A stretch of 64,000 nucleotides of DNA, taken from assembly GCA_035362715.1 (NCBI GenBank), contig DAOSDU010000002.1, positions 131,400 through 195,399 of the forward strand. Reading direction: 5' to 3'. The DNA comes from Methanofastidiosum sp. (GTDB lineage Archaea; Methanobacteriota_B; Thermococci; Methanofastidiosales; Methanofastidiosaceae). Shown here one piece after another: positions 38,622-46,917 of the stretch. The position numbers and the translations under genes are program-made. The notes beneath the pieces were generated by a model that did no database searches, was not told the origin of the DNA, and saw only the letters and a list, made by a program, of their open reading frames with translations. Numbering within the stretch: the stretch's first letter is position 1; each line of letters starts with the position of its first letter.

Positions 38622-40088
38622 ATGACTGTGTCAAATTTGCTTGAATCTGCATCTTACTGGAATACAAAGGGCATAATTCTAGATAGGATGGGAAAGCATA
38701 AAGATGCATTAGTCTGTTTTGAAAAGGCGAGGGCAATTGACCCTCATGATGCAGACGTCATAACTAACATTGGTATATCATTTGATAAACTAGGAAAACC
38801 GGAAGAAGCCTTAAAATTCTATGATATGGCTCTTCAAAAAAATGAAGACACTAAGACTCTTTATAATAAAGGTATATCTCTGTCAAAAATTGGAAATTAT
38901 TCTGAAGCAATAAATTGTTTTAAAAAAGTTCTAAATGAAGAAAAGAATAATAAAAATGCAATCATAAATCTTGCTATTGCACTACAAAAAATGGATAGAC
39001 TAGATGAAGCCATTTCAATTCTAAAAGAGTGGGGGGAATTTGACTACATTTATACAAGAGCCCAGTTAATGCTTGAAAATGGGAAAAAACAGATTGAAGA
39101 CTCAATAAATCTATTGCATATGTGTTTGAATGAGAATTCTGAAAGTATTCCTTCTCTTGAGAATATTTCTTATGCTCTAAAGATGCTAGGTATGGAAGGA
39201 GAATCCCTAAGATACTTAGAAAACGTTAGGCAGCTTTACTCTGAAAGAAGAAAAGTAGAAGATAAAATCAAAACTTTGAAAGAATTATTGGTGGATTCTT
39301 TATCTAATTATGAAAAAATAGGAGAAATTTTAATAACAAAAAAAGGATTAGGCAAAAATTATAATTTTTATAAAGATATCTTTGAAGGGCTTTATCAAGA
39401 TATTCTATTCATCGATGAAGATCATTCCTCATTTTTGGATAATTATGGAAAAAGATCAATATCCTCCTCTAACGTATATATCAAAGAGCTTCTAGTCCGG
39501 ATTAACAATTTAAGTGAAAGCCTCACCATATTGAAGCTTAAAATAGAAGAGGATATTGGTAGACCAAGTCTTAGATATATTTTTTATATATTGAACCCAT
39601 TAGAGCGGAAAAAAGAATCTGAAATTCAAGTATATTTAATTAATAATGGAGATATTGAAGCTTTTGACATATCTGTTTTAATAGAAAAAAACAAAGATTT
39701 GAATATATCAAAAATTGAAGATAAAATAGACTCGCTCAAACCCATGGAATATAGGCCTTATACCATTAAGATTAAGCCTAAGAACGAAGGAATATTTGAG
39801 ATTAATACTTTTTGTGATTATAGGGGAAATGAAGTCTATGAAACTAGAACTGTTTATCCCTTGGAAATACCATATTTGCCTGACGAGGACTCAATGTATT
39901 TGATTTCTTATCTAAAAGTTTTAAGGCTGGATATGGATACAACCGCAGAGGAAATAAAACGCAGATGGAAAGAGCTTTCTAAATATTATCACCCCGATAC
40001 AACCCAAGATGAAAAAGAAAAAATATTAAAAGAAGGCATTTTAAAAGAAATAAATGAAGCATATGAAGAATTGAAGAACTACTACTAG
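38622..40088 (+). CDS. TPR-repeat protein with Ig-like (CARDB-type) domain and C-terminal J-domain
   Basis: N-terminal TPR units; LINNGDIEA...LKPME Ig-like segment; EEIKRRWKELSKYYHPD...EINEAYEEL. Confidence 0.82.
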   Translation: MTVSNLLESASYWNTKGIILDRMGKHKDALVCFEKARAIDPHDADVITNIGISFDKLGKPEEALKFYDMALQKNEDTKTLYNKGISLSKIGNYSEAINCFKKVLNEEKNNKNAIINLAIALQKMDRLDEAISILKEWGEFDYIYTRAQLMLENGKKQIEDSINLLHMCLNENSESIPSLENISYALKMLGMEGESLRYLENVRQLYSERRKVEDKIKTLKELLVDSLSNYEKIGEILITKKGLGKNYNFYKDIFEGLYQDILFIDEDHSSFLDNYGKRSISSSNVYIKELLVRINNLSESLTILKLKIEEDIGRPSLRYIFYILNPLERKKESEIQVYLINNGDIEAFDISVLIEKNKDLNISKIEDKIDSLKPMEYRPYTIKIKPKNEGIFEINTFCDYRGNEVYETRTVYPLEIPYLPDEDSMYLISYLKVLRLDMDTTAEEIKRRWKELSKYYHPDTTQDEKEKILKEGILKEINEAYEELKNYY

Positions 40089-40162
40089 ATTATCAATATA
40101 TCCTTCTTACAATATTCATAAAAAACAGCAAGATATAAAAATTAAGTAAAGAAATAAGGCAT

Positions 40163-40681
40163 ATGAAGAATAAAAAAAGTGTAATATTAGTATCGATATT
40201 GATACTTCATCTCTTTTTCATAAATCCCGTAGTATCTGCAGATGTTCCAAGATCTTTTTTTGTGGACACAGCTAATGGTCAACCTCAATCAATAATAGTA
40301 GTTGGTAAAAATGCAGCTTCGATGGATTCGATTTCTGGAAGCTTAATTATTACAAAAATTCAAGCCGAAGCATACTATGAGGATCCCGCAAAAGGTTTAT
40401 TTAGGGTTAATATTTGGGATCGTGAGAAATTGATAACCTATGATGAATTACTAATGGAAGATGTCGCTAAAAAGAATAATCTTATACTTGTGGGCGGGCC
40501 CGTTGCAAATAGACTTGTAGCGAATCTAGTTAGAGAAGGTAAATCCAAAGTTGACTGGTATAATTCACAAGGGGAGACTGAATACATATCAAATGGTTTA
40601 TACGAACGTGATGTGATTATTGTCGCAGGTGCAGACAGAGAAAAAACAAGGGCTGCAGTATTACAATTGATTAGTTCTTAA
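40163..40681 (+). CDS. Small secreted S-layer-family protein (Methanococcales/Thermococcales-type terminal domains)
   Basis: Signal peptide; IIVVGKNAASMD; NLILVGGPVANRLV; IIVAGADREKTRAA. Confidence 0.78.
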   Translation: MKNKKSVILVSILILHLFFINPVVSADVPRSFFVDTANGQPQSIIVVGKNAASMDSISGSLIITKIQAEAYYEDPAKGLFRVNIWDREKLITYDELLMEDVAKKNNLILVGGPVANRLVANLVREGKSKVDWYNSQGETEYISNGLYERDVIIVAGADREKTRAAVLQLISS

Positions 40682-40748
40682 TCGCTCTATTCGAAATCAA
40701 TATCTATATATAATTGTAAGAATCTCCATAGGAAATCAAGGGGTTATA

Positions 40749-41204
40749 ATGAAAGAAGTATTAGTGCTATATACCGGACAAAAATATAAATGCAAGCAAT
40801 GCGGAGAATGCTGCAGGGTTCGTGGAGTTCCACTAACTTTATTTGATATAGAAAGAATTGAAAAAAATACCGATAAAGAGTTCGCTTTGTACGATATTTC
40901 CAGAAAGAAATTCGTAATTGAAAAAAGAATTTGGGATAATGGTTGCGTATTTTTGGATGATAAAAATTGTACAATACATGAATATAAGCCCTTGATTTGT
41001 AGACTTTTCCCATTGGGAGTTTTTTATAAACCCATATCTGAATCAGATACTCCTTATATATTAAAAAATGGAGAAAAGGCATACATATATGTCGATATCT
41101 CCTGCCCTGGAATTGGAAACGAAGGAGAACCTTTTGACATTGAAAAAATTTTAGAATTATGCCAGAAAATTAAAATTGAAATGGCTTATACATTAAACTT
41201 GTAG
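40749..41204 (+). CDS. YkgJ family CxxCxxCC cysteine-cluster protein
   Basis: CKQCGECC, CVFL, CTIHEYKPLICRLFP, CPGIG. Confidence 0.9.
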   Translation: MKEVLVLYTGQKYKCKQCGECCRVRGVPLTLFDIERIEKNTDKEFALYDISRKKFVIEKRIWDNGCVFLDDKNCTIHEYKPLICRLFPLGVFYKPISESDTPYILKNGEKAYIYVDISCPGIGNEGEPFDIEKILELCQKIKIEMAYTLNL

Positions 41205-41210
41205 GTATTT

Positions 41211-41675
41211 ATGAGAATCGTAGAAGGAAAAAAACTGGATATTATAAAAAAAACTATTGAGAGCTATGGTGGAATCTTCGAGTTGCCTGCAAACAATATA
41301 TTATTGATAGTTGGCGATGAGGTATTTTTTGTTAACAAACTAATTTATGAAAAAGTATTAGATGAAAGAATAAACGAGAACTTAGTTTCTATGGGAACAC
41401 AAATTGGTAAATTCCAAAAAAGCAATTTTTTATTGGGTTTAGAATGTCATTTAATAATAGCTCCTTCATCAAAAAAATCAAAATTGAATGAAAAAGGCGC
41501 TTCTTTATTCTTATATGGGCGGGATGTTTTTGTTAAGAATATGGTGAATCCACCAAAAAAAGGGTATACAATAGTTTCAAATATAAGAAATGAAGTGATT
41601 GGCATTGGTAAATTTGATGGAAAGATGTTGAATAATGTTATTGATAGGGGGTCATACCTCCGAACTCTTGAATAA
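41211..41675 (+). CDS. NIP7-like PUA-domain ribosome biogenesis protein
   Basis: SMGTQIG, LFLYGRDV, IGIG, DRGSYLR. Confidence 0.8.
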   Translation: MRIVEGKKLDIIKKTIESYGGIFELPANNILLIVGDEVFFVNKLIYEKVLDERINENLVSMGTQIGKFQKSNFLLGLECHLIIAPSSKKSKLNEKGASLFLYGRDVFVKNMVNPPKKGYTIVSNIRNEVIGIGKFDGKMLNNVIDRGSYLRTLE

Positions 41676-41766
41676 TGTTTAGTTTAAAACATACAATGTT
41701 AAATTTGTTACACTAAGGTCATCATATTTAAAAGGTATTTTTAATTTCTTCATTCGGTGATACTTA

Positions 41767-42684
41767 ATGGTAGTTAATATGAAAGGCAAGCATCTTGCTT
41801 CTTTACATGACCTTACGAAAGAAGAAATATGGCAAATTTTGAAAACCGCCGAAACTTTGAAGATTAAACAGAAAACCGGGGAACGACACGAATTATTGTA
41901 CGGTAAAACTTTAGCAATGATATTCCAAAAACCATCAACGAGAACAAGGGTGTCTTTTGAAGTTGGAATGAAACAATTAGGGGGGCATGCTTTGTACTTA
42001 TCCTCTACAGACCTCCAACTGGGGAGGGGGGAAACAGTAGGAGATACGGGAGCAGTTCTCGCTCGTTATTGCGATGGTATAATGGCAAGGGTATTTTCCC
42101 ATGACAACATTATAGAACTATGCAAACATTCAACTGTTCCAGTTATAAATGGTCTATCCGACCTTTTACATCCATGTCAATGCTTGGCTGATTTAGAAAC
42201 AATTCTAGAAAAGAAACAAGAATTTAAAGGACTTAAATTAGCATTTGTCGGTGATGGAAACAACGTTTGTCATTCTCTAATGTTTGGATCTGCAAAAGTA
42301 GGGATGGATATGACTGTTGTCTGTCCAAAGGGTTACGAACCTGACAAACAAATTGAGAAAATGGCACTAGAAGACGGACTTAAACTTGAAATAACAAACG
42401 ACCCTAAAGGTGTTAAAGGCGCAGATGTAATTTACACAGATGTATGGGCAAGTATGGGTAAAGACAAAGAGCATGATGACAGAGTAAAAGTATTCAAACC
42501 TTACCAGGTAAACGAAAAATTAGTTTCACAGGCTCAAGACGACTGTATAGTTATGCACTGCTTACCTGCGCACAGGGGAGAAGAAATAACTGACGAAGTA
42601 GTAGATGGCCCACATTCAGTCGTACTTGACCAAGCCGAGAACAGAAACCACGCACAAAAAGCCGTAATGGCACTTTTAATGTAA
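41767..42684 (+). CDS. argF: Ornithine carbamoyltransferase
   Basis: KPSTRTR, HPCQ, DVWASMG, HCLPAHRG. Confidence 0.96.
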   Translation: MVVNMKGKHLASLHDLTKEEIWQILKTAETLKIKQKTGERHELLYGKTLAMIFQKPSTRTRVSFEVGMKQLGGHALYLSSTDLQLGRGETVGDTGAVLARYCDGIMARVFSHDNIIELCKHSTVPVINGLSDLLHPCQCLADLETILEKKQEFKGLKLAFVGDGNNVCHSLMFGSAKVGMDMTVVCPKGYEPDKQIEKMALEDGLKLEITNDPKGVKGADVIYTDVWASMGKDKEHDDRVKVFKPYQVNEKLVSQAQDDCIVMHCLPAHRGEEITDEVVDGPHSVVLDQAENRNHAQKAVMALLM

Positions 42685-42712
42685 TAGATTATTAATCTAT
42701 TATTCTTTTTTT
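42682..42712 (+). terminator. Hairpin plus T-tract after argF
   Basis: TAATAGATT-att-AATCTATTA (9-bp inverted repeat) followed by TTCTTTTTTT. Confidence 0.55.
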
Positions 42713-42815
42713 ATATTAATTTTTTAGTTACACTTTCTATTATTCTAACTTAATAGCATTAAATACCTAGAAAAATATATAAACTCCTACAAGAAAAACT
42801 GTAAAAGGGATACTC

Positions 42816-43046
42816 ATGAGGATTTCTAAATTATATGGGCTCGAATTGTATAATACAAAAGGCGAGTACATAGGCATAATTAATGATATTATTCTTGAAG
42901 TAAAAGAAGGAGTTGTCTTTGGACTAGCAGTTGGGCAAGAAAAAGGCATAGACAATATTGCAGTCGGATTCAAGGATGTTTCTGCTATCGGGGACATCGT
43001 TATTGTAAGGGCTAAGAAAGAAGATTCAGTAAAGCTTGGAATGTAA
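42816..43046 (+). CDS. Single PRC-barrel protein (CdpB-like)
   Basis: ISKLYG..LYNTKGEYIG.INDIIL...VSAIGDIVIV. Confidence 0.85.
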   Translation: MRISKLYGLELYNTKGEYIGIINDIILEVKEGVVFGLAVGQEKGIDNIAVGFKDVSAIGDIVIVRAKKEDSVKLGM

Positions 43047-43059
43047 AAGGGTGTTCAAA

Positions 43060-43794
43060 ATGACGGGCAAAATAGAGAAATATCTTTTAGATAAATTGCA
43101 AAAGGAAAAACTTCATTTTTCTTTAGTTGACCCAGATAGCTTCTCTATAGAAGAAGCAAAAAGCGCAGCTGCTATTTCCGAGGAGGCTGGAAGCGACGCG
43201 ATATTAATAGGTGGTTCTACACATACTTTGGGCAATTATCTTGATATTTTGATAGAATCAATTAAAGCCAGTACAAAACTCCCTGTGATTATATTCCCCG
43301 GAGGTGTAGCCCAAGTATCACCCAAGGCAGATGCAATCCTTTTCATGTCTTATATGAATTCAAGAAATCCTTATTTTATTACAAAATCTCAAGCTCTCGG
43401 AAGTTTCCTAGTAAAAAAAACTGGAATCGAACCTATACCCACAGGTTACCTAGTAGTTGAACCAGGTGAAACTGTAGGGTGGATGGGAGAAGCTGATCTT
43501 ATTCCTAGAAAAAAACCCCAAATAGCTGCTGCTTATTCACTAGCCGCACAGTATCTTGGGATGAGATTTGTTTATCTTGAAGCGGGATCAGGCGCTCCTG
43601 AAACAGTTACTCCTGAAATGGTGGGACTTGTAAAAAAGGTCATTGATATACCTTTAATTGTAGGGGGTGGAATAAGATCTCCAGAATCAGCAAAGAAACT
43701 TGCTATGGCGGGAGCAGACATATTCGTAACTGGAACTATTATTGAAAAAGAAAAAGAAAAACTTTTTGACATAATAAAAGCCATAAAAAGTTAA
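43060..43794 (+). CDS. Geranylgeranylglyceryl phosphate synthase (group II)
   Basis: SLVDPD, ILIGGS, PVIIFPG, YLEAGSGA, VGGGIR, VTGT; start moved to ATG 43060. Confidence 0.95.
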   Translation: MTGKIEKYLLDKLQKEKLHFSLVDPDSFSIEEAKSAAAISEEAGSDAILIGGSTHTLGNYLDILIESIKASTKLPVIIFPGGVAQVSPKADAILFMSYMNSRNPYFITKSQALGSFLVKKTGIEPIPTGYLVVEPGETVGWMGEADLIPRKKPQIAAAYSLAAQYLGMRFVYLEAGSGAPETVTPEMVGLVKKVIDIPLIVGGGIRSPESAKKLAMAGADIFVTGTIIEKEKEKLFDIIKAIKS

Positions 43795-43795
43795 A

Positions 43796-44100
43796 GTGGG
43801 CGGATTATAGCCCATCTTTTGTAATATTGGCATTGAACTAAGCGACCTACCACAAACCTCAGACCAGGTTTCATCGGTTTTAGTTTGGCCTTGCACCATG
43901 TGGGAAGGTATTCCACCGTTTCCTATGCCTTCTCAGTAGTTTTGGAATTTGTTGCCAAATTCCGTCTACATCATTTTCATCAGACAAAGGCCGTTTTTTT
44001 CTGTTCCTTTACCTTGGATTTCTCCAAGCATCTTTCGATGCCACATCCTGATCAGGTGGATGGAGCTTCCTCCCCTAAGGGAAGCCAATATTCCGCCCAC
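43796..44100 (-). ncRNA. rnpB: RNase P RNA, archaeal type A
   Basis: P1 GUGGGCGGA/UCCGCCCAC; P2 AUAUUGGC/GCCAAUAU; CR-I GAGGAAGCUCCAUC pairing with CR-V ACAAAAGAUGGGCU; GAAACGG; GUGCAAG; GAAA-capped P8 and P9; TATA at ~44123-44130. Confidence 0.95.
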
Positions 44101-44137
44101 ACAATAACTTAATAACGTTGAAGATATAAATTTATTC

Positions 44138-45163
44138 ATGAATATTCTGATGATTGGTGAATATCCTCCAAAAATTGGAGGTATTTCTACCCACATATCT
44201 CAACTAAAAAAAGAATTAAATAAACTAGACCAAGATGTTTTTGTTTTAACTTATTCAAATTGCTTAGAAGAAAAAGTATATTCTACAAGATTACCTAAGA
44301 AGTTTAGGGGATTTTTTTTTATTATATTTGGTTTCTTCAAAGGCATCAGAATTATTAGAAAAAATAAAATTGATTTAATACATGCGCATTTTGCCACAAC
44401 TCCCGGACTACTAGGCCTTTTTTTGTCTGTTGTTACAAGGAGAAAAAGAATTTTAACAGTTCATGGTAGTGATATCAATGTTTACTTAAATCGAAGGATT
44501 ATGGGCCAAGTGGTAAGATTATTATTATCCAAGTATCTCGTTATTATTGCTGTATCTCCTGATTTAGCTGAAAAAATTACACATTTTTCTAAGGGAGATG
44601 TAATTTCTATTCCCAACGGAGTTGACAATTTGAGATTTTTTTCTAATGTTTCTGAAAAAAAAGGGATAGGATTTATTGGGGCTTTGGTGAATGAGAAAAA
44701 TCCTAGAGAATTTGTTGAGCTAATCAGAGAACTTCGGCAAAAAAGAATTGTTGAACCAGCATATATCATTGGCGATGGGTATCTAAGAAAAGAACTAGAA
44801 GAAATTTCCAATGGACTAAATATTAATTATTTAGGGGAAATAGTAAATACAGAAAAATACTTGAATAAATTTAAAGTAGTTGTTTCAACTTCAAAAACTG
44901 AAGGATTTGGACTTTCTATTCTAGAGTCTATGGCATGTGGCGTTCCTGTAGTTTCACTTGTAAGTCCGGGCTCTGAATATCTATTAGGTGATTTGAATTT
45001 GGTAGTCCAAGATAAGAATCAATTAGCAGAATTAGTAGCAAAAATAATATTAAATCCAGAAATTAGACTTGAACTTTCCAACAAGGTACTAGAAAAATCT
45101 AAGTTATTTTCTTGGAAAAAGTGTGCTGAAGAGACCTTGGTCGTCTATAAAAAATTTATTTAA
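44138..45163 (+). CDS. Glycosyltransferase family 4
   Basis: YPPKIGG, IHAH, TVHGSD, IPNGVD, EGFGLSILESMACGVPVV. Confidence 0.93.
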   Translation: MNILMIGEYPPKIGGISTHISQLKKELNKLDQDVFVLTYSNCLEEKVYSTRLPKKFRGFFFIIFGFFKGIRIIRKNKIDLIHAHFATTPGLLGLFLSVVTRRKRILTVHGSDINVYLNRRIMGQVVRLLLSKYLVIIAVSPDLAEKITHFSKGDVISIPNGVDNLRFFSNVSEKKGIGFIGALVNEKNPREFVELIRELRQKRIVEPAYIIGDGYLRKELEEISNGLNINYLGEIVNTEKYLNKFKVVVSTSKTEGFGLSILESMACGVPVVSLVSPGSEYLLGDLNLVVQDKNQLAELVAKIILNPEIRLELSNKVLEKSKLFSWKKCAEETLVVYKKFI

Positions 45164-45653
45164 ATAATGGGATGTAAGGATTTATTTTTATTAAAATAAG
45201 AAATGAAAAACCTATTCCTAGTGCATATGCCAATATATCGTGGGCAATAAGCCAACTATAATCTTTTTCAAAAAGGTATATTGTCACGACTAGTCTTAAT
45301 ATATTCAAAAATAATAGGCTTATAAGAAATAAAGATAGATATACTATTTTTTTAGTTAATGTTAGTGAGGAAAGTACAAATAAAGATGTGAATATGGCAC
45401 CTGAAGCTAATCCAATACACCTTTTAGAGATCTCATAATTTCCAACAGCTACAAATTTCTCAGATATAATAAGTGGCTTTTGTATGTCTAAAAGTGCTAT
45501 CCCTTCCTTAACAGCTTCCGCTGTGAATATCCTAATTGGGGTATAATCGCTTATAACATAAAGAAATATGGAAACTATTGTTCCCTTAATAAAAAATAAT
45601 AACTTAACATAATTGCCCTCTCCATATTTCTCAATTATCTTATCTTTTATCAT
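45156..45653 (-). CDS. Exosortase/archaeosortase family membrane transpeptidase (minimal, 165 aa)
   Basis: Cys-Arg-His triad in family order: YEISKRCIG, LNILRL, IAHD, within TM helices. Confidence 0.8.
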   Translation of the reverse strand: MIKDKIIEKYGEGNYVKLLFFIKGTIVSIFLYVISDYTPIRIFTAEAVKEGIALLDIQKPLIISEKFVAVGNYEISKRCIGLASGAIFTSLFVLSSLTLTKKIVYLSLFLISLLFLNILRLVVTIYLFEKDYSWLIAHDILAYALGIGFSFLILIKINPYIPLFK

Positions 45654-45776
45654 TTATTTTTCAATAATAGAGACAGTTTTAAGTTTTTCCTTATTAATTT
45701 TGTAGATTTCGTAACATTCAGGGATAATTTTATATATTAATTTACTTTTAATTATATAAACAACGGAGGAGTTTTA

Positions 45777-46547
45777 TTGGGAGAGTCGCTAGTAATATCA
45801 TCAGGAAAGGGTGGTGTGGGCAAAACTACTATTTCTGCTAATTTAGGCATTGCTCTTTCTGAAGTTGGACTCAATGTTCTAATTTTTGACGCAGATATAA
45901 CTATGGCTAATCTTGAACTCATATTTGGGATGGAGGGATTACCAAAGACAATACAGGATGTATTGGAAGATAAGGCAAGGCCCCAAGATATAATTTATGA
46001 GGGCCCAGGTGGGGTAAAAGTCGTCCCAGCAGGTCTTTCGTTAAGAAGATTAAAAAAATCCGATCCTGATAAAATTAATGAAATATTTAAATTCTTTGTT
46101 GACAAAGTTGATTTGTTAATAATTGATGGGCCACCTGGTCTTGAAGTAGATGCCGTAACTTCTATCGCAGCTTCAGATAATATGCTTTTGATAGTAAATC
46201 CTGAAATAACTTCTTTGTCAGATGCATTGAAGATAAAACTTATAGCAGAAAAATTAGGCACAAGAATACTAGGAGTTATCGTAAACAGGGTTAGAGGAGA
46301 TCCAACAGAAGTTTCTGGGCCTGAAATAGAAGCAATACTGGAACTTAGAATAATTGGTAATGTTCCAGAAGACCAAATAGTAAAGAAATCAACAACACTA
46401 GGTAAACCTTTTGTATTATTGGACCCAAAATCTCCGGCTTCACTAGCTATTAAAGATATTGCAAAAAAAATTGCAGGAAAGAAGACGGAATTTCAACCTT
46501 CCAACAAATCGATGAATAAATTAATGGGAGGCCTATTTGGGAGATGA
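45777..46547 (+). CDS. minD: Archaeal MinD-family ATPase
   Basis: SGKGGVGKTT, DADITMANL, IDGPPGL, NPEITSLSDA; amphipathic C-terminus MNKLMGGLFGR. Confidence 0.92.
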   Translation: MGESLVISSGKGGVGKTTISANLGIALSEVGLNVLIFDADITMANLELIFGMEGLPKTIQDVLEDKARPQDIIYEGPGGVKVVPAGLSLRRLKKSDPDKINEIFKFFVDKVDLLIIDGPPGLEVDAVTSIAASDNMLLIVNPEITSLSDALKIKLIAEKLGTRILGVIVNRVRGDPTEVSGPEIEAILELRIIGNVPEDQIVKKSTTLGKPFVLLDPKSPASLAIKDIAKKIAGKKTEFQPSNKSMNKLMGGLFGR

Positions 46548-46551
46548 TTGT

Positions 46552-46755
46552 ATGGCATTATTAGACATAATGATTAACAGCTGGATTATAATTTTTATTA
46601 TTGCCATAGTCAGTATAATTATTAATGTAATCTTGGGTGTTAGGGTTTATATGCAAGGAGAAGAGCTCCAAAGATTACGCGGGGGCAGGTTATCCAGGGA
46701 GGAACTTGAAATATTAAGGGCCCGTCTTGCTAGAATTAAAAAACTTTCCAAATAA
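46552..46755 (+). CDS. Small single-pass membrane protein with basic coiled tail
   Basis: TM WIIIFIIAIVSIIINVILGV then EELQRLRGGRLSREELEILRARLARIKK; 4 nt after the minD stop. Confidence 0.7.
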   Translation: MALLDIMINSWIIIFIIAIVSIIINVILGVRVYMQGEELQRLRGGRLSREELEILRARLARIKKLSK

Positions 46756-46917
46756 CCCTATGATTATTCTTAAAATTATACTTTTCTATTTTATAGTTAC
46801 AAGAATTAATCACTAATTCTAAATATTAAAAATAGTTATTGTTAAGCAATAATACCAAAAGCTTTATATATTTATCAAATCATAATTGGTAGTGGATATT
46901 CATAACTAGGTGGAACA

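Noticed and set aside
43687..44196. Short ORFs 43687-43899, 43885-44112 and 43966-44196
   Set aside because: They overlap the RNase P RNA, which explains the sequence
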